A stretch of 34,739 nucleotides of DNA from an uncultured Planctomycetales bacterium (GTDB lineage: Bacteria > Planctomycetota > UBA1135), in the NCBI GenBank assembly GCA_964545405.1, contig CAZJGH010000001.1, positions 1-34,739 of the forward strand. Direction: 5' to 3'. Shown in pieces: positions 28,578-34,739 of this stretch. Numbering within the stretch: the stretch's first letter is position 1; each line of letters begins with the position of its first letter. Both the position numbers and the translations under genes were made by a program. The notes beneath the pieces were generated by a model that saw only the letters and a list, made by a program, of their open reading frames with translations, ran no database searches and had not been told where the DNA came from.

Positions 28578-30170
28578 TTGCTGACCAAGAAGTTGCGCGA
28601 CTATGAAGCGCGCTTCGGCCCCCTATCGCAGAGCAATGGTGCGCGCGCAACGCTCGCTTTCCCGCACTTCCCGATTGCCGGAAATATCGATCGGCGTGAC
28701 ATGTTGGTGAATAAGTTCTTTGACCATGACCTGGGCTCCCAGGGCATCCTCGACTGGGATTGCTCTGAGTTCACATATGATGGACACCGTGGCACCGATA
28801 CCCAAATCAAGACTTTCGACGAACAGGATCGTGGAGTGCCAATTTACGCTGCATACGATGGCGTGGTCGTGGCCACCCATGACGGAGAGTTCGACCGTCA
28901 CACCACCCTCGATCCCAACGCGGTCAGCAACATGGTTACCATCGATCACGGCAGTGGTGTCCTTGGAAAGTACTGGCACATGAAGAACGGCAGCGTGGCT
29001 GCAACCGTCAATCAGCAAGTGGTCGCTGGCGAACAGATTGGGATGGCTGGCTCAAGTGGCTACTCCAACGGCCCCCATCTTCACTTCCAGGTGGAAGAAA
29101 GTGGGCAAGCTGTGGATCCTTGGGCAGGATCGTGCAGCCCAGGAACCAGCTGGTGGGAAAACCAAATCCCGATGAATCGATCACTGATTGTTCTCGACCA
29201 CTTACTCTCCTACGAAGATCCCGGGATTAACGGTGGGCCTCCCTATTCGATTCCCCGCTCGGGGCAATTCGCCTTCACCGACAGCCGCCTCTACTGTTGG
29301 TTCATGGTGGGTAATCTGCCAGTTAATAGCACCTGGCGCCTGAGGCTTTTCCGACCAAACGGAACTCTCGCTCGCCTTGGGAACGTATGGAACTTTGGCA
29401 ACACGAGCGTTTCGCGTGCTTGGTGGCTTAGTTTTTGGGTCGACCATGCCGAGTTGCACACGCTCGCTGGCACCTGGCGCTTGGAAGTCGAGGTCAATGG
29501 TGTGGTTGTTTTCAATGACCCGATTGAAGTCGTTCCAGCCCGCACCCCAGGCTTCAACCGCCCACCGGAACCCATCACCGCAGCACTCGACCCGCCTTCC
29601 CCGTTCTCGGATTCCGTGATCGCTTGTCGCGTCGACTCCCCGCTTCTCGATGACATCGATTACGACGTCCTGCGTTATCACTACGTGTGGACCGTCGACG
29701 GTGTGGTGGTCCGAGATGTAACTCATGCCGGGCTTGCAGACCAGTTGCCGAAAGACACTGCGGCAACTGGTCAGACGGTGCAATGTGCAGTTTCCGTCGG
29801 CGACGATGACGTCTTCCTGGAGCCGGTAGTCGTCGCTGCCTTGGTCGATGGAACTATGCATCTTGCTGCCCCGGATCCAGGGCTGGCCGGCCAGCAGAAC
29901 ATTCTCAAAGTTTCCGATGCGCAACCCCAGCAGCGAGTCTACTTCGCCTACGGTTTCCAGCTCGGAAGTACATCAGTACCAGGCTGCGCCGGGCTCACCA
30001 GCCCAATCCAGTCGGCTCAAATTGGGCACAACGTCAACGCCAACGCCTATGGCTACGCGACTTGGACGGTGTCCGTTCCCCCCGGTGCATCTGGCCGCAC
30101 GGTCTACATCCAGGCGGCGCAACCACAGAGTTGCCTAGTCTCGAACTTGATTGGTTACACCTTCCTTTAG
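28578..30170 (+). CDS. M23 family metallopeptidase, longest stop-free segment (TTG start in ORF track; lacks its signal peptide)
   Basis: The M23 zinc motifs YDGHRGTD (HxxxD) and GPHLHFQVE (HxH) are present. The C-terminal ~300 aa are Ig-like/beta-sandwich modules. TAG stop. Confidence 0.85.
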   Translation: MLTKKLRDYEARFGPLSQSNGARATLAFPHFPIAGNIDRRDMLVNKFFDHDLGSQGILDWDCSEFTYDGHRGTDTQIKTFDEQDRGVPIYAAYDGVVVATHDGEFDRHTTLDPNAVSNMVTIDHGSGVLGKYWHMKNGSVAATVNQQVVAGEQIGMAGSSGYSNGPHLHFQVEESGQAVDPWAGSCSPGTSWWENQIPMNRSLIVLDHLLSYEDPGINGGPPYSIPRSGQFAFTDSRLYCWFMVGNLPVNSTWRLRLFRPNGTLARLGNVWNFGNTSVSRAWWLSFWVDHAELHTLAGTWRLEVEVNGVVVFNDPIEVVPARTPGFNRPPEPITAALDPPSPFSDSVIACRVDSPLLDDIDYDVLRYHYVWTVDGVVVRDVTHAGLADQLPKDTAATGQTVQCAVSVGDDDVFLEPVVVAALVDGTMHLAAPDPGLAGQQNILKVSDAQPQQRVYFAYGFQLGSTSVPGCAGLTSPIQSAQIGHNVNANAYGYATWTVSVPPGASGRTVYIQAAQPQSCLVSNLIGYTFL

Positions 30171-30874
30171 TCTGTCCGAGCGCTGTCACTTTGTGCAGCA
30201 AAAGCGTCTTCCGCCTGCATCCGCAGGCGGCAGGCGTCACACAAACGGCACGCTTCGCCGCTGATGGATGGGTCATAACAAGAGATGGTGTCGGCCACCG
30301 GCACCTTCAACTCATATGCAAGTTGCAGGATCTCAAGCTTGCTCAAATGCAGCAGCGGTGTGTGCAACTCGATCGGTCTGCCTTCGACTCCTTCGCGGGT
30401 GGCAAGATTGGCGAGCTCACCGAACTTGGCGACGAAATCAGGACGGCAATCCGGATAGCCGGAGTAATCCAAGGCGTTGACTCCGATGCCAAGGTCATGG
30501 GCACCACGAGCCTCAGCAAGACCTAAAGCCAACGACAGGAAGATCGTGTTGCGCGCCGGTACGTAGGTGACCGGGATGTCCGCGGCGACGGCGTCATCGG
30601 CACTGGTTGATTTCGGCACTTCAATGTCGTCGGTCAGGGCAGATCCGCCGAATGCCCGCATATCCAGACGCATGGTCAGGTGTTCATCAAGCCCCAGTTC
30701 GGCAGCGACTTTGGCCGCCGCCTGTAGCTCAACTGCGTGGCGTTGGCCATAATCGATGCTCAAACCGATCACCCTGAATCCCTCGCGCTGCAGCCACGCA
30801 GCAACCGTGGCGGAATCTAGGCCGCCAGACAGCAACACAACCGCCGATTTTTGAGTATTCTTTTCCGCTCCCAC
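30167..30874 (-). CDS. queC: 7-cyano-7-deazaguanine (preQ0) synthase
   Basis: 235 aa with PP-loop VVLLSGGLDSATVAAW and a C-terminal Zn cluster (SCYDP..GEACRLCDACRLR). GTG start preceded by AGGGGG. It overlaps the M23 gene's stop convergently. Confidence 0.9.
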   Translation of the reverse strand: MGAEKNTQKSAVVLLSGGLDSATVAAWLQREGFRVIGLSIDYGQRHAVELQAAAKVAAELGLDEHLTMRLDMRAFGGSALTDDIEVPKSTSADDAVAADIPVTYVPARNTIFLSLALGLAEARGAHDLGIGVNALDYSGYPDCRPDFVAKFGELANLATREGVEGRPIELHTPLLHLSKLEILQLAYELKVPVADTISCYDPSISGEACRLCDACRLRMQAEDAFAAQSDSARTD

Positions 30875-30913
30875 AACCCCCTATCCTACAGGTAGGGCTG
30901 GAAATACCAAAAC

Positions 30914-31951
30914 ATGACTACCGTCGACAAAGACTCCGTTCTTGAAGCGCTGAAAAGCGTGATGGATCCTGACCTGCACAAAGACATCGTCACGCTCGGT
31001 TTCATCAAGGATCTGGCCGTATGCAATGGCGTCGCCAAATTCTCGATCGAGCTGACCACCCCGGCCTGCCCAGTGAAGGAGCAGCTCAAGCAGCAGGCCC
31101 ACGATGCCGTGATGGCGCTTGATGGGATCGAGACCGTCAACATCACGATGACGGCTCAGGTCAAGTCATCGCTGCCCGTGGGCAATAAGCTCGGCGGCAA
31201 CGTCAAGCACGTCATCGCCGTGACTTCCGGCAAGGGTGGCGTCGGCAAGAGCACCTGCGCCGTGAACCTGGCTGCTGCCTTGTCCTCCACCGGCGCGTCA
31301 GTCGGCATCCTCGATGCGGATGTCTACGGCCCCAACGTACCCGTGATGATGGGTATCCACGACAAGCCACGCGGCAGCGACGGCAAGTTGTTCCCGATCG
31401 AAGCTCATGGCATCAAGACCATGTCGGTCGGCTACATGATCGAGGATGGCCAGCCGGTGATGTGGCGTGGCCCGATGTTGCACCGCGCTCTGGAGCAGTT
31501 CCTGCAGGATGTCGAGTGGGGTGACCTCGATTACCTGATCGTCGACATGCCACCAGGAACCGGCGACGCCCAGCTTTCACTTTCGCAGTTGGTGCCACTC
31601 ACGGGAATGGTGGTCGTGACCATGCCACAGGAAGTCTCGTTGACCGATGTGCGGCGTGCCATCGGGATGGCACAGCAGGTCAAGACTGATGTACTTGGCG
31701 TGGTCGAGAACATGACCGGCGACATCTTCGGTGCCGGCGGCGGCCAGGCCACGGCCGAGAAATTCCACGTCCCACTGCTCGGCAGCATCCCGCTCGAAGC
31801 AGGAATGCGAGTCGGCGGCGACGAAGGGATTCCGATGGTAATTGCCGAGCCGGAGAGCGAGATATCCACCATCTTCAAGCGGATCGCGGGCAAGGTAGCC
31901 CAAGAGGTAGCGAAGAAGGCGGCAATGAGCTTGCCGGTTTTAGAGGTCTAA
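30914..31951 (+). CDS. apbC: Fe-S cluster carrier ATPase ApbC/Mrp (NBP35 family)
   Basis: 345 aa. The N-terminal DUF59-like region (VMDPDLHKDIVTLGFIKDL), the deviant Walker A VTSGKGGVGKST and DYLIVDMPPGTGD are present. Confidence 0.9.
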   Translation: MTTVDKDSVLEALKSVMDPDLHKDIVTLGFIKDLAVCNGVAKFSIELTTPACPVKEQLKQQAHDAVMALDGIETVNITMTAQVKSSLPVGNKLGGNVKHVIAVTSGKGGVGKSTCAVNLAAALSSTGASVGILDADVYGPNVPVMMGIHDKPRGSDGKLFPIEAHGIKTMSVGYMIEDGQPVMWRGPMLHRALEQFLQDVEWGDLDYLIVDMPPGTGDAQLSLSQLVPLTGMVVVTMPQEVSLTDVRRAIGMAQQVKTDVLGVVENMTGDIFGAGGGQATAEKFHVPLLGSIPLEAGMRVGGDEGIPMVIAEPESEISTIFKRIAGKVAQEVAKKAAMSLPVLEV

Positions 31952-32083
31952 AACCCACGTTTTTTGTCTCCAATTCAGTGAATTCGGGGAAACTGTGGTG
32001 AACATTCGGCCGGATGTGCCGTATGGGAGTGGCAGTCGCTCGCCTATCCCCCTAGGCCGGAGCTAATCTGTGCCTGCATTCTC

Positions 32084-34739
32084 ATGAAGCGCCATCTACC
32101 CATTGCCCTAATTGCTGTTCTGGCAGCAGTTGCCATTTGGATCCTGAACTCAGGAGACACCGAACCGACGGAAATAGATCCCCCCACGACAACCGGCAGC
32201 CCCACTGTCGAGTTGGAGGAAGCTGATCTGCAAGCCGGACCTGAGCGAATCTCCACCGAAGTGGAAGAGGTCGTCTTCGACCCACGTGGGGTCAAGGTCG
32301 GCGCTGGTCGATTCGGTTTGCATGGCACTGTCGTCGATGAGCAAGGCACACCACTTGGGGGATTATGGGTCGCGGCATACTCAATCGCTTTTCCCCTGTT
32401 CGATTTCGAGTTCTCGCCTGAAGAGATCTTCGAGAATCCACTCGACCTGAAACTCGAACCGCTCGCAGCCACCTGGGCGAACGAGGATGGCACCTTCCAA
32501 CTTGAGGGACTCCCAGGGCGCGGCACCTTCCTGGTCGCTCGTGGTAAGCATCACCTCACACGTGGACGCCAGGCGGTAAAGGCGGAAGAGCTCGGCACTG
32601 AAGAGGGCGTGTTGTTGCACACGATTCCGGGCGCCGTATTGAATGGCCGGGTAATCGATGAACTCGGTGCGCCAGTGGCCAACGCCGAGGTATTCGTCGG
32701 CCCGAGTTATATGTACATCATTCAAGCGGTACGCAACCGTGACATCTATCTCGAGCGGATATTCACTGATGGCGAGGGTCGCTTCAGCATCGACTCGGTA
32801 CCGGCAAATGCCCGCCTCGCGATCGCAGCCATGGACGGCGCGACTCATCCTGGTGTCCGCGATATCGGCCCACTCGCTCCAGGCTCGACGGTCGAAGCGA
32901 CAGTCCAGCTGGTTGAGACCGGATCACTCAGTGGCCGCACCGTGGACAGCGAAGGCAACGGTGTCGCTGGCGTGAAGATCGTCGCAGTACCACTCGACCT
33001 GCGGATGTTGGTCGGCTTCGTACGCAGCCTGCCGGAGTGGATGACCGAGTCCAACGGCAGCGGCAAGTTCGAGTTCGAACGCTTGCCTCGCCGCACCATG
33101 GTGTTGTTGGCTCAAGGGCGTGACGGACGTTCGGCACCATACACCGCACGGGTCACGACTGACGCCAACGAGATGACCGAAGAGATCCAGATCCAGACCG
33201 CGAACAGCGTCAGTGGTCGGGTCGTCGGCATCGACGGCAAGGGAATCGCCAACGCCAAGGTGTTCTTGAGCGCGATCCCCGAGAAGGCCGGCGGCAAGAA
33301 CACCATTCGTAACGGCATGATGCCCTCCGGGGAAAGCATCCTGATCGAAGCTGCCCGCGAGATCTTGCCGGAGCTTCTTCCATCAGAGACCTGGGTGTTC
33401 GCCAACGGAAGTGGCCATTTCCAGATTCCTGCTTGGGAAAACGCCACCCTTAAGGTCGAGGTTCCTGGCTATTCCGATTCCTACTTCGACCTCCCCGGTA
33501 ATCTTGATGAAGACAAGAAGCTGGCTTTGGTTTTGCTCAAGCCAGGAGCCATCTCTGGAACTGTCGTGGATAGCACCACCAAAGAGGCGATTCCCATGTT
33601 CGGAGTCAGCGCCAAGCTGCAGTCGAGCCTGTTGGAACCCAAAGTCGAAGTCGAGCGGGAAGAAGGCGAGGACTGGAGAGCATATTTCGAGCGACGCGAA
33701 GCCCTGCAGAAGGAGGCGCGTCAGAACGCTCTTGGCAACACTCTTGGAGAGGATGAGGTAGCCGTATTGCCCAAGGATTCGGCCATGAACTCCTTGCTTG
33801 ACATCGACATCCGTGACGACGGCACCGGCAAGTTCGAGATTGATGGCCTGATGCCCGGTACTTGGCGCTTGGAAACAAGGGCCGGAGGTTATGTGCTAGG
33901 CAAGAACCGCAACATCACTGTCGAATCCGAGAAGACGACCGAGGGAGTTCAGGTAGAGCTATCCAGGGGCGCCACGCTGCGAGGTTCGGTGGTCGGATAC
34001 GCGACGCGGGAACCTGTCGCCGGCGCCGTGGTCACCATCGGTTGGTCGAAGGAAAGCGGCATCGAGTCGTACTTCCAGATGGGCCTTGAATCAATGGCCT
34101 TCGCCCGTTCCGACAAGAATGGCAACTTCGAGTTGTCGGGCATTGAGCCTGGAATGGAGTGGGTACATGTAGTGGCTGAAGGATTCTCCCCCACCGCGAT
34201 CAAAGGCAAACCGCTGGAAGCCGATGAGGTCCGCGAGGGCGTCATCATTCGAGTCCGCCAAGGCGCCACGATCCAGGGTTATGTGTACGACCGACACAAT
34301 CAGATCCTGCCCGGACGTATGGTCGGTGGCTTCGCTACTGATTCGCAAGACTTCTGGCAGACCAGTACCGATGAGGACGGCTTCTACCAGGTCACGCATG
34401 TCAAGCCCGGCAACTACTTCATCATCACTGCGGCGCTCGATGCCGACAAGCTGTTCACTGGCGACTTCATGTCGGTGCTGAACGGGTCGAAGGTGATGCA
34501 GGCGTTCGCACGTGAAGGCGAGACCCTTGAAGTGGACATCGTCGACATGTCCGCCAACGGATGCAAGTTGCGCGGCAAACTGCTTGCCGGAGGACAACCC
34601 ATCACCAACAGTTCGTTGATCATGATGGCTACTGGAGCCGGAACCAGCATGTTCGACATGCGCTTAGCTACAGCCGTCTCCAATGATGTCGGCGAATTCG
34701 AATTCGCATCACTTGCTCCTGGTGACTACCGATTGCAGA
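32084..34739 (+). CDS. large membrane-anchored protein with at least 8 carboxypeptidase-regulatory-like (CarboxypepD_reg) repeats; 3' end outside window
   Basis: Not in the ORF track because it has no stop. I translated frame 2 codon by codon from the ATG at 32084 to 34738 and found no stop (885 codons). It has an N-terminal anchor (MKRHLPIALIAVLAAVAIWIL) and recurrent units such as LNGRVIDELGAPVANAEVFV, LSGRTVDSEGNGVAGVKIVAV, VSGRVVGIDGKGIANAKVFL and LRGSVVGYATREPVAGAVVTI. An in-frame TGA lies at 31979-31981 upstream. Confidence 0.85.
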   Translation, partial: MKRHLPIALIAVLAAVAIWILNSGDTEPTEIDPPTTTGSPTVELEEADLQAGPERISTEVEEVVFDPRGVKVGAGRFGLHGTVVDEQGTPLGGLWVAAYSIAFPLFDFEFSPEEIFENPLDLKLEPLAATWANEDGTFQLEGLPGRGTFLVARGKHHLTRGRQAVKAEELGTEEGVLLHTIPGAVLNGRVIDELGAPVANAEVFVGPSYMYIIQAVRNRDIYLERIFTDGEGRFSIDSVPANARLAIAAMDGATHPGVRDIGPLAPGSTVEATVQLVETGSLSGRTVDSEGNGVAGVKIVAVPLDLRMLVGFVRSLPEWMTESNGSGKFEFERLPRRTMVLLAQGRDGRSAPYTARVTTDANEMTEEIQIQTANSVSGRVVGIDGKGIANAKVFLSAIPEKAGGKNTIRNGMMPSGESILIEAAREILPELLPSETWVFANGSGHFQIPAWENATLKVEVPGYSDSYFDLPGNLDEDKKLALVLLKPGAISGTVVDSTTKEAIPMFGVSAKLQSSLLEPKVEVEREEGEDWRAYFERREALQKEARQNALGNTLGEDEVAVLPKDSAMNSLLDIDIRDDGTGKFEIDGLMPGTWRLETRAGGYVLGKNRNITVESEKTTEGVQVELSRGATLRGSVVGYATREPVAGAVVTIGWSKESGIESYFQMGLESMAFARSDKNGNFELSGIEPGMEWVHVVAEGFSPTAIKGKPLEADEVREGVIIRVRQGATIQGYVYDRHNQILPGRMVGGFATDSQDFWQTSTDEDGFYQVTHVKPGNYFIITAALDADKLFTGDFMSVLNGSKVMQAFAREGETLEVDIVDMSANGCKLRGKLLAGGQPITNSSLIMMATGAGTSMFDMRLATAVSNDVGEFEFASLAPGDYRLQ

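Larger units (their letters stand above)
28413..30170 (+). pseudogene. secreted M23 metallopeptidase reading frame, interrupted by in-frame TAG at 28542-28544
   Basis: The ATG at 28413 opens a 43-codon signal peptide (MEFCSMHTLCAASVAAFLFSLPSPAQQPSIGSVGGQVNPKAGE*) in the same frame (frame 3) as the 530-aa ORF. Across the stop the frame reads ...KAGE*AGECITVQDRALLTKKL.... Confidence 0.7.

Noticed and set aside
31949-31975. Possible terminator AAAAC-ccac-GTTTTTT after apbC
   Set aside because: It is only a 5-bp, A/T-dominated stem, which is too weak to call as a feature.

Overview
This is a compact (about 97% coding), roughly 58% GC bacterial chromosomal window. It looks like core genome from an uncultivated lineage; the taxon cannot be fixed from sequence alone. 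Plus-strand genes: carB (5' end outside the window), a 9-gene translationally coupled Mrp/Mnh-type cation:proton antiporter cluster, a CBS-pair protein, an ArsB/NhaD-family permease, a membrane protein/wHTH regulator pair, thiI, a lipoprotein, an M23 peptidase, apbC/mrp, and a large CarboxypepD_reg-repeat protein that runs off the 3' end and is absent from the ORF track. Minus-strand genes: murJ, a GT4 glycosyltransferase, yqeY, gyrA, dapF, dsbD, tRNA-Val(UAC), tRNA-Asp(GUC), mazG, a secreted PAD/agmatine-deiminase-like enzyme, an ASCH protein, a GNAT and queC. I found no CRISPR array, integrase, transposase, reverse transcriptase or recognisable defence genes, and no unexplained non-coding stretch longer than about 115 nt. 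I therefore cannot point to a clear-cut new system. The most concrete oddities are: (1) a perfect 12-bp tandem duplication whose junction creates an in-frame TAG between the signal peptide and catalytic body of the M23 peptidase; (2) an in-frame TAG in carB; (3) a non-canonical Mrp cluster (E-F-G-[MbhD::B]-C-D-A'-x-D) with three antiporter-like subunits and an extra 2-TM subunit; (4) a GNAT-ASCH gene pair; (5) two secreted enzymes that share an AQQPS post-signal motif and a similar C-terminal module; (6) an operator-like array of ACTTTG/CAAAGT half-sites upstream of the wHTH operon.
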